Shown piece after piece: positions 37,588 to 46,881 of a stretch of 64,000 nucleotides of DNA; position 1 is the stretch's first letter; every line of letters starts with the position of its first letter. The stretch is taken from NCBI GenBank assembly GCA_003693705.1, contig RBZT01000855.1, positions 186,001 through 250,000 on the forward strand, given 5' to 3'. The translations under genes and the position numbers were made by a program. This stretch comes from Polymyxa betae A26-41. Taxonomy: Eukaryota; Protista; Endomyxa: Phytomyxea. The notes beneath the pieces were generated by a model. It searched no databases and was not told where the DNA came from. It worked only from the letters and a program-made list of their open reading frames with translations.

Positions 37588-38793
37588 TCACTGTTGTGGT
37601 AGTTTGGCTCGTCTTTTCCGCTGGATGAGTTCATGTTGATGGCTAGCGTATAGAGCGTTAAACTGTTTCTGAAGCTGCGCCTTCTGCTGAAGTTCGAAAT
37701 ACGTCATCTGAGGCAGACCTTCGCCGTTCTGGCTGGGCATGGTCGGATCAAACCGGCGCGATTTAAGCGCATCTAGCACCTTTCTGCCATCTGCATACTC
37801 CTGATGGTGTTTAGCAATCTGTTTCCTTTTCCGTTGAATCTCGTTCTGACGCTGCTGCCGGATTTCGTTCAACACCTGAAGACGTTTCTGTTTAGTTGAC
37901 CCTTCAGCTGTTTCCGAGACCGTAGTCTTGTTCATCCTCAAATTGAAGGGCCTTTCGTTCTGATACATTTTAGTCTTCAATAAGACTTTATCTTGACCAT
38001 GCAGATGATGACTGAGGATTTCGGAATACCTTCTTCGATGTTCTCCTTCAAGCGGAGCAAGACGATCCGTGTCTGTTTCCTCCGGATGCTTTAGTGGGTC
38101 ATGAGTTGCCGGTTTCCTGTCACGCTTTGATCGCAATTCTGATCTTTTATCAAAAGATGGCAAAGGGATGGAAAGGTCAACGAAAGGAGGCAAACGTGTT
38201 CTCTGAGAATCGATAAAACTCTCCGTTTTGAGTGAACTTTTTGCAGAGGAATTTAAGGGCTGTTCAGGTTCATTCGCATGATTTTCCTCATCCCTTAATT
38301 TGAGCAAAATGGCGCTTAATTCGGGTCGAAACCGGACAATAGCATCGATCATATTCTCTTTGACATAAATGCTGTCATAAAAACGCTCAAGCACTTTCGA
38401 TAACCGATCAACGTCACTGGTAACCATTTCGAAGATACAATGCACGGAGCCGGACGAACTCAATGGATGTCTAACGATAAACCGGCGAAGTACATCGACG
38501 GGAACTGATTCCAGACCGAACACCAGTAGAAATATCAGCAGCTGGCAGAGCGGTTTGTACTTTCTCGGAATTGTACAGAAATTACCTTGAAGATGCTGCA
38601 TAATGGCTGCGACAACTTTCCTATGGCTAAATATTGCCGATATCAAATTTGCAGTTGGTGCCTGAAACTGGTCTAAGTCGCACTGAACATCTTTAGGCGG
38701 ACTCAGTTCGTCTAACGTGCACTGAAACGATCGCTGAAGCTGGCATTCGGCCAGATGTAAAACTTTAAGCAGCGATTTTTTGCATTTCATCAT
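37588..38793 (-). CDS. Uncharacterised coiled-coil protein, weakly CFAP99-like
   Basis: 401-aa single-exon ORF; FLLVFGLE..FYDSIYVKENMID and LPQMTYFELQ resemble CFAP99 motifs from memory only. Confidence 0.45.
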   Translation of the reverse strand: MMKCKKSLLKVLHLAECQLQRSFQCTLDELSPPKDVQCDLDQFQAPTANLISAIFSHRKVVAAIMQHLQGNFCTIPRKYKPLCQLLIFLLVFGLESVPVDVLRRFIVRHPLSSSGSVHCIFEMVTSDVDRLSKVLERFYDSIYVKENMIDAIVRFRPELSAILLKLRDEENHANEPEQPLNSSAKSSLKTESFIDSQRTRLPPFVDLSIPLPSFDKRSELRSKRDRKPATHDPLKHPEETDTDRLAPLEGEHRRRYSEILSHHLHGQDKVLLKTKMYQNERPFNLRMNKTTVSETAEGSTKQKRLQVLNEIRQQRQNEIQRKRKQIAKHHQEYADGRKVLDALKSRRFDPTMPSQNGEGLPQMTYFELQQKAQLQKQFNALYASHQHELIQRKRRAKLPQQ

Positions 38794-38820
38794 ACCTTGT
38801 ACAACGTGATATAATTATCT

Positions 38821-40245
38821 TTAGTAGATTCTCTTGAACAATATCTCCTCTTCGTTCGTCTCGAATTCCGCCACGAATGGGACCTGCATAATCTCATGAT
38901 ATCCTTCGTCGAGACTCGGAGCGACATAGTATTTCGCATACGTATGATAGGCGACATCGGGGACCTTGCTGTCAAATTTCCCAGCTCGTACTGCCCGGGC
39001 ATGACGCACACAGTTCATATGCTGGGCAAGCGCGCGATCAATATCGAACTGAAGCACCCGAACAGGGCAATTGATTTCCGGGCGTCGGCTGATTTTCACC
39101 CAATCCAATCGAGTGGATTTCCGGTAGTTGGTCTAGGACGAAATGAATCTCGGTTAAAACATGGCCAAAGTAGAGTACGCTATCAATGCAAATTGACTTG
39201 CCTTGGTGCAATGCTTGCACTCCCAGTTTCATGCATTTTGAGTGCGATTTCAGTATGTCTTGATTGATAGCGACGTATGACGACAAATACTTGGAACAGA
39301 ACGTCGACTTTGAAGTCGTCAGAATATCGCGATAGAGAACGAACAAGCGACAGACCTTGCCACAGCCCGGCCACCCTACAAGCAGCACGATCTCCTGTTT
39401 CGGCCTGTCGTTCTTGATTTTTTCCAAAACCTCGTCGAGGCTCTCAGGATCGTTTTTGAGGAATCTGCTGGAATCTGGCATGATGAATGGAGTGGGCTCT
39501 TGTCCTTGAAAATATTCTTCTGGAGTCTAAAGGGAATTTTTACTCAAAAGAAAGCTATATTCAAAATGATTTTGACCTGAAATTTAACGCCAATATTGAA
39601 AGCGAATGCTCGATCAGTGTAAGAGAAATCGGGTTTATTGTCCCGTCCCGATTGAAGCCTTCCGGCAGCATCACCTGAATCAACAATCAAACAATTGTCA
39701 GTTCATTCGACAGATATGATACCGACAAACAGCGACGATTCTTTGTCGATCGAGATTTTGAAATGGGTTTTGAGATAATCGACGAGATACTCCCACATGC
39801 CAATATCAGGTTTACGATATTGATCTTTATCCAAAGCCGCCATTGCAATCATGGGGATTTTTATGGCCACCATAACCTGTCGAAATCGTTCCTGGATGAC
39901 ATCGATCGAGACTTTCACAGCTTGATTGGAGACGATCACACACAAGGTGTCCCCATCCTGAACGGAGTCTCGAATCTTTCTAATTCCATCTTGGAAAAGC
40001 CAACACCAATCATTCGGGTCCTTGGCGAACAACTTCCCAGATCTCGTCCGAATTAATGTGCCATCCAGGTCGAACATTAACAGCGATATTTTCGATCGTT
40101 CAGCTAAGGTCGTTTTCAAAGCCGAAGCCGTCGCTAGCCTAAGTAGACGTTTCGTGATCATGTAGGATTCGATCTTGTGAGCGTCGGGTGTGAACAGACA
40201 AGCTGCAAGCGTCTTGACGGTCCCATCAACTAAACGTTTGGTCAT
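38821..40245 (-). CDS. PNKP: Bifunctional polynucleotide kinase 3'-phosphatase (no FHA domain)
   Basis: FDLDGTLI.TRSG, SNQ, YRKP..GMW, GDAAGR, VGWPGCGKSTF, INQD; candidate starts 40245 and 40161. Confidence 0.92.
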
Positions 40246-40504
40246 TATCACAATGGCAAAATGGACTCCGTCCGTGTAATGTATTGAGTGATTCAATCAG
40301 CATTTTCTACAAACATATTGATATGCCTCAAACCCTAACAGACCAATCATCTCTCTGTTTTTTTATTATAAACGCGATTTATTACTGCTATGCACCGATG
40401 CGTTTTGAAATGCGTTTAAGTACACACCAAGGTTGCTATGGCCAGCACATAATGCAAGGAGCTTGAAATGTTCAATACAGGCCGCTTCTCAGCATGTAAT
40501 TCAT

Positions 40505-40790
40505 ATGACATCCATAAAGGTAAATGGTGTCCCGCGGTACACTACGTCGTCCGTTGTGGATGAGATGAAGACATTCGACAAACCAATCGTGGTGCATTCG
40601 GGGTCATTGGACGACGAACAACCCAAGCCAGTCGGTCGCCTGCTCAATACTGTATGCAACCTGGCAGCTGCTGAGAAGGTATGATGGGCTGCTTCAATCA
40701 CCCAGCTGGAGAGAGCAGGTAGATGGGCCCACCCCATGGGCTGGCCGGAGTCGATTGCCTCTTTACTACAGGGCTCCGAAGAGTTCTTAA
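40505..40790 (+). CDS. Small hypothetical protein (~81 aa, 2 exons)
   Basis: ATG 40505; a 40-nt GTATGA..CAG intron (40679-40718) restores the frame to TAA 40788-40790. Could instead be 5' exons of the CorA gene. Confidence 0.35.
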
Positions 40791-40972
40791 TTAGCGGCGC
40801 ATTGCGGTTCTAAGCACTTTTCATCTCCCATCTCATACTGTAGGGAGTGCAGAAAGCCATTTCGGTGGTAGGATCTCGAATCTCCGACCTGAGTTTCCGG
40901 TCATCGTCATAATTCCGACACATCAATCTGTTATCGGATCCTGGTTAAGCACCAACACTTCATTTCTTGACA

Positions 40973-42913
40973 ATGTCGCAACGCGATGATCTCGCTGTCG
41001 ACACAAACCCGGCATCAGCCGGTCGAGATGATCAAACTCAATGGACAGTGGAAGACGCCGAGAACAAGTCTCAGGATGTTCGCCTGGTTCGGTTACGCTG
41101 GGAAGAGGATTTCGACGATTTCGCTGCCGCCGTCGTCCATAATGGCGCCTCGCTTGCTGATTTGCGTATTGCAATCACCAGACAAATTCAGGGCGATTAT
41201 GGTATTTTGCAAGACAGCTATCAGTTCGTATGCGATGGACTCCCAATCACCTCGGTATGTTTTCGCTTTGTATTTTCTATCACAAGGTTTTATGAACATT
41301 TTTCAGGTTCAAGAGCAGCTGATTCCAGTCACGACTGTATCGTCGCTTGTTCTGCGAAATTCGACCGAAGCAGAGGATTCCTTTCGCAGACGCAGCTTAT
41401 TGAAAGCCGACCACCTTCAGAGTCCCAAATCGCGTGCTTCGACTATTTCTGGAAATGACGTAATGCTTGCTTGATAGCGATGGAGGGGATGGATATCAAT
41501 GTTGTTCTGATAGATTAGTGTCGTTATTCCAGCATCAGATGACGAATCGAATCTTCCACCTGTGACACCTTCGCAATTGACTTTTCCAATTCGGAACCAT
41601 CGGCCACATGATGGTCGCAAGGCATTCGTTGCCAAGGTTCACGTCTCTGGTCAAAATATTGTCGAAATTAACGACATTCTTATGTACAATTCTTTTTCAA
41701 CAGGAATACCAATGGTTCTCCAATCTGAATAGTCGTTAGGTTGATTGGGGTTCTCCAGAAGATGAAAGCCCAGAAGCATCATCATGCCGTCACCTGGATT
41801 GATGTTCAATCAGCGGAAGCGCCCGAACTCGAACATATTGGGCAGACCCTGGAGCTTCATCCACTGACCATTGAAGACATATCTGTTGAGCATTCGCGCC
41901 AAAAAGTCGAAGGATTTCGGCAGTATATGCTCGTCATCTTTCATGGGCTTCCTTTACCTGTAAGTTGTTTTCAATAGCTGTTTCTCAAATGGGATTTGGA
42001 TTCTCAAGTCGTCTTTACAGCATGAAGACCGACACTATTTTGAGTCATTAAGCATGATCGTATCGAGCAGTCTAGTTTTAACGATCCATCACGCGGAAGT
42101 TCCAACGTTGGATTATGTTCGCAGGCGGCTCACTAGAACTTATAAAATGGAGATTCCCTGCACAGCGACATTGGTGTTGTACTCCTTTGCCATTTTAACA
42201 CCAACAGGCTCTAATGTTCAGCTTAGGTACACGCTGTGGCTGATTGTATTGTCGACTACGACACGCTGATCGTCGACGAATCAGTTCAGGAAGTGGACTC
42301 GTTGGAGGAACTTGTCTACATCCTCTCACAATCGGAACAAACCGATCTGCTTAGGCGTATGCAGTTGGTTCGTAAACGTCTCACCCTGCTGCGACAGGTC
42401 TGCCTTAGACAGTGATGGTTTCATGCGATCATTAATGTTCAGTGAATAGAGCCTGTGGTCTCGTCGGGATATCATCACTCAGCTGATGTCTCGTGAATGG
42501 AGAGGGTTCCTAACAGGTGTTCGAGTCGCATATTTCCGAGATGTTCTTGATCACGTCCTCACAATGATACAAAAGCTCGAGCTGGCCCAGGCAATGCTGG
42601 ATTCCTTGCAATCGACTTATATGGCTAAGGTTAACGATTTTTATTGGCAATATCGAAGGCTGATTCCTTTTAGGTTTCGATCGAGGTTTCGGAAGCTTCG
42701 AACAATATCAATTTGGTCATGAAGAATATCTCATCATTTGCAACTGCCTTCCTTCCAATGACGTTTATTACTGGACTCTGGGGCATGAACGTGAATGTTC
42801 CTTTCCAATCGGGCACAGAAGAGAAACCTATCGCCTTCTTTGTTATTTTAGGGTCAATGTTGATTGGAGTGATTCCATTCATTTATGTTCTTAAGAGACA
42901 AAAATGGCTATGA
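40973..42913 (+). CDS. CorA/ALR-family Mg2+ transporter with N-terminal ubiquitin-like region
   Basis: WIDV, LHPLTIEDI..RQKVE, YFRDVLDH, FLPMTFITGLWGMNVNVP, two C-terminal TM helices. Confidence 0.9.
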
Positions 42914-43043
42914 AAGAAACTCACCAATGCCGACTAATTAAATCTATCGCAGTGTGATATATTAGATAAACTGGAATGAATAATCCATTTTCACTGAAGG
43001 TTAAAATCAGAGATCCTTTCAAAAACAGTCACGACGCTAGAAT

Positions 43044-44108
43044 CTAGTCCATGGACATCGATTTGAAACGCTCGAGCGCTTCCACAGTTGCTTGAAAATC
43101 ATAATCATGTGTCAGCAAAACGCTTGCATTTAGTTTTGAATTGCTGAATCCCATTGCAGCTAAACGTTCCAAAACATCACCGTGCTCCGCTTCGACCTTC
43201 TTGATACTGGCGCTTAAACTCTGCAGACGTTCAAGATGACTTTGTTGAGTCTGGCGGCGAACAACAACAAAAGAGTCAGCACCCCCGGTGCTGGACTGTT
43301 CATAGCGGGTGTCATCCAGATCGTCGGAAAGACAGCTTTCGCACATCACATCAGCCATCCGATCAATCAAGTCATCATCTAGAGTATCGATATCTTCTCC
43401 TGACGATAGCGACTCGGCGTCGATGTTTCCTCTGTCTCCAGATAAATATGACGAAACTTTCTGTTCTTCGATGGCGCCGTTAGCAGGCGCCACTTCCTCT
43501 TCAGTTCTCATTTCTTTCTCTGAAATGGGCTCCAGTTCGATGGAAGCTGTTTCTTCATCTTCTTGCAATGTTTTGCCATCGCCTGATTCAGAAATTTCTG
43601 ATTCATTGATGCTTGAATAATCATCAGCTTCACCTTGGTTTAAGTTTTCATTGGCATCAGTCGCCAAGCAGTTATCAGGAACAACTTCATGAGCAGTTTC
43701 GGCTGGCAGGACATTTTTGACAAAAGTCTGAACCCTTTGGGGATTTTCAGAAATTGTTTTCTTAATATCTCGCACTTCAACCAGAATATTATCCACAGCT
43801 CGATAAATTTTCTGCAATGACAAGATCATAGGTTGAGTCGTATCCGATGATGGATCAGCCGGTTTCAGCTCAGCATAAAATCGTGGAATCCTTCCATTTA
43901 ACCTGCTTTGCTGCACCGTATCTTGATCACTGACCATTGATTCCATCTTTAAAACTTTCTCGCCATCATGCACGAACAGCCGCTCGGGTTCGACGCCAAA
44001 GACCTGGGCCAGGCTGGGGATCACATAATCGGCATCCCGCACACGAAACCGGCGGATCCAACCCTGAAATTCGACCTTGATAGGATAGCCGGATTCTTGC
44101 ATCTTCAT
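43044..44108 (-). CDS. PB1-UBA protein, p62/NBR1-like autophagy receptor candidate
   Basis: N-terminal IKVEFQGWIRRF (PB1-like), acidic linker, DSFVVV (LIR-like), C-terminal LAAMGF..N..L..VEAL (UBA); single exon. Confidence 0.7.
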   Translation of the reverse strand: MKMQESGYPIKVEFQGWIRRFRVRDADYVIPSLAQVFGVEPERLFVHDGEKVLKMESMVSDQDTVQQSRLNGRIPRFYAELKPADPSSDTTQPMILSLQKIYRAVDNILVEVRDIKKTISENPQRVQTFVKNVLPAETAHEVVPDNCLATDANENLNQGEADDYSSINESEISESGDGKTLQEDEETASIELEPISEKEMRTEEEVAPANGAIEEQKVSSYLSGDRGNIDAESLSSGEDIDTLDDDLIDRMADVMCESCLSDDLDDTRYEQSSTGGADSFVVVRRQTQQSHLERLQSLSASIKKVEAEHGDVLERLAAMGFSNSKLNASVLLTHDYDFQATVEALERFKSMSMD

Positions 44109-44171
44109 TCACCTCAGTATTAAGTGCAATGAGGCCCATCACCATTTAACCACTTAGTAACCGCCGAACTT

Positions 44172-44270
44172 CACTACGCAACTACCGTAACTTTTTAAAC
44201 ACTTTACGCAACTAACTTTTTCAAACTCTATACTCTATACTCTTTACGCAACTAACTTTACAAACACTCT
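44172..44270. repeat. Degenerate tandem repeat, three copies of TACGCAACTA, in a divergent intergenic region
   Basis: TACGCAACTA at 44175, 44205 and 44245; CTTTACGCAACTAACTTT occurs twice; ACTCTAT is duplicated. Confidence 0.85.
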
Positions 44271-44598
44271 TGTAATTCGAACGCACTTGCTCCGAATTGT
44301 TCGTTTCTCAGCTTGGGAAAAAAATTCGCGACTTTCGCTGGCAACATCGTTGGACAGCGGAGCAAAATCAGTTTGACATTCGAGCTTCTAGCAGTTTTGC
44401 AATCCGATTACAATAGGCTGCGGTCATCTGTTATCAACATACTTGAAAATGCTGTAGGAATTACAGCTGCCCCATTTCGATATTCAGTTGTCAAGAAGTC
44501 TCTATCATTATTGGTCTTTATCATTATCAGATATTGGCGTTTACTTGAAGATCGTAATAAGAGACCAGCAGCGGGATTTGGCGCAGATTCGCTTGCTG

Positions 44599-45100
44599 AT
44601 GGCGTCGCCGAGCCCGTCGCCATCGCTGATGGCTTTATGGTCTGATTCCAAGACCCGATTCCTTTTAGAGCTGGAGTTCGTGGAGCTATTAGCAAACCCA
44701 TGGTATCTGCAATCTCTTGCTCAACGAAAGTATCTGGACAGTGCCGAATTTATTCAGTATATCGACTATCTACAATACTGGAGGAAGCCAGAATATGTCC
44801 ATTTTATTAGGTTCGTTGATATTGCTGGTTTTGCCTGCAGATTCGTCGTTAATACGTTTTCTGTCTTAGTCATCCGCATGCGTTGTATTTCTTAGAGCTG
44901 CTTCAGCAGCCGGTTTTTCGAGGTCGCCTCTCGGAGCACAGCTTCGTCGAATTGCTGCACAATAATCAGTTCTGGCATTGGAAGGTAATTTATACAGGTC
45001 CATTCCTTTTGATTCCTGGTTCTGACCAGGTCGTCAGCATTTCCGAGCCAATCGCTTCATCAATCAGCCGCAAGAGGCTAATATATCTGAATCCGGATAG
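44599..45100 (+). CDS. MED31: Mediator subunit 31 (Soh1)
   Basis: RFLLELEFVELLANPWYLQSLAQ..YLQYWRKPEY..HPHALYFLELLQ; 2 introns. Confidence 0.93.
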
Positions 45101-45431
45101 AGCTTTACTAGGTGCAGGAAAAAAGGATAAAAGAACATGATAAACTCCCAATATAAAGCGTTCATGCTAAAGTTTGTTTTCATTTCTTATCATGTTGGCA
45201 CCAGTACTGAAAGCAGGCGATCTCGTCTTTAAATAAAAAAAAAGTTTTCTCGGAAAGTTTGGTGAATTTTCAGTGGAACAAATGAGCGGTGAGCCGCGCC
45301 GTTATTAAGCCGATCATTCACAATTGTGCCTGGATCGATATATTGCTGCTCGTCCATGCTGTTGCCCGTTCGGCCCAGAACCCGGTTCGCCATTCAGTCC
45401 TGATAGCAGTAGCGGCGCCCCTCAAGCATCC

Positions 45432-46133
45432 ATGACAGGCGTCGACAAGAATCTCGATAAATGGTTCCAGGTCGAAGACTATGGCACTCGTATTCAGGGC
45501 ACCTGCCTGTTGCCGACCAAGGCGCTGTCGACGTAAGCCGGGCTTAGGCCGCTGCTGCCAGGTTTGCTGACGTCTCGTAGAAACGCCTCGCATGGTCATA
45601 CGGTGGAGTCGTTCCTGGAACAAAATCCGAACGTGTTCAGCATCATCGATTTAAGCAGTGAGGTGGATAATTACGAGATCAGCGATCGGTTTCCGCACGT
45701 TCGTCACCTGAAGCTGTCGTTTGAATCGAAAGTGATCCCCAGCAGGGAGAATGTTCGCGATTTTATTCAGCTGGTCGACGATAATTTACCTCCTGATAAA
45801 GAAAACGTCAGCGGCGTCGTGTCATATTTGCAGTACATGTTTGCTAATAGTATTTTTAGGGCTTAATTGCTGTCCATTGCCATTACGGGTATGGATGTTT
45901 TCGTTCTGCTGGTCCGGAAAAAGCTCATGTGGTTGTCCTTTAATAGGTTCAATAGAACTGGATTTCTAGTCTGCTCGTATTTATGTGAAGTTCAAGGACT
46001 TGACCCAGACGAAGCAATCGAGAGATTTCGCCTTGCTCGTCCACCCGGGATTAAGCATGAGCATTTCATCAAAGAGTTGTATAGGAGGTATTCGAATCCT
46101 GAAAATGTTCAAAATCAAGAATCGCCAATATAA
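45432..46133 (+). CDS. Stand-alone cysteine phosphatase of the RNA 5'-phosphatase (DUSP11/PIR1-like) type
   Basis: Catalytic VHCHYG/FNRTG split by an intron; IIDLS; FRLARPPGIKH..FIKELY. Confidence 0.8.
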
Positions 46134-46321
46134 CTTATTTCGCGAGTAATTTTATGATATATATTTTTATCCTTACTGCAAAGAAAGTCAGAGATCTCAG
46201 CTCTGTTTGTTATCATACAGAATTTAAACATATATATGACGAGCGCCGTTAAGGATTTCGAATGGTTTGCTTTTGGAGTTTACCGACATTGTGCTGACCA
46301 GGTGAGTGCTCAAATGATCAG

Positions 46322-46867
46322 CTAAAAGCTGTAGGGCGTCACAGGCAGCGCGCGAATCATTCTCGGGATGATCGTAGTCGCTGGCGGCTGCTCCGTGTTA
46401 AAATGGCAGCTACTGGGACAATGTTTCAATCGAATTATTTTCACTGGCGACCGATCATGGTGCAGACAATATCCTGATATAGGATCTTTTCGAAGTGAGG
46501 GCAGCCGAAGCAATGATGACCCTTTCTGAGTATGGTCTTGACGCAAGAACCCACAACGTAATTGTTGTGGGGTTAAGTGAATTCTATCCTGTGATCGTGT
46601 TGGACGTCTTAGCTTGGGTGTTGATTTCGATCGCAACAGTGAATGCGAGCCTGTTCTTGTCAGGAACGAGACATCCCCGAAAATCCGTTTAGTTGATCGT
46701 TGCCTGCTTAAAGTTCTCGATTCATTCATGTGTGTTGATGTCAGACAAATATCTGCAATGAGTTTTACTGGGAGATTCCTTTGTAACAAACGATCCCAAG
46801 ATATTATCCATAATAGTTTGATGAGAGCCAGAAAATATACGAAATTAACAATGGGATATGCTTTCAT
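46322..46867 (-). CDS. Orphan basic ORF (181 aa from ATG 46867, or shorter from ATG 46729)
   Basis: Long open frame filling the gap between VPS53 and the phosphatase; no recognisable domain. Confidence 0.3.
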   Translation of the reverse strand: MKAYPIVNFVYFLALIKLLWIISWDRLLQRNLPVKLIADICLTSTHMNESRTLSRQRSTKRIFGDVSFLTRTGSHSLLRSKSTPKLRRPTRSQDRIHLTPQQLRCGFLRQDHTQKGSSLLRLPSLRKDPISGYCLHHDRSPVKIIRLKHCPSSCHFNTEQPPATTIIPRMIRALPVTPYSF

Positions 46868-46881
46868 TAAACTGCAAATAA

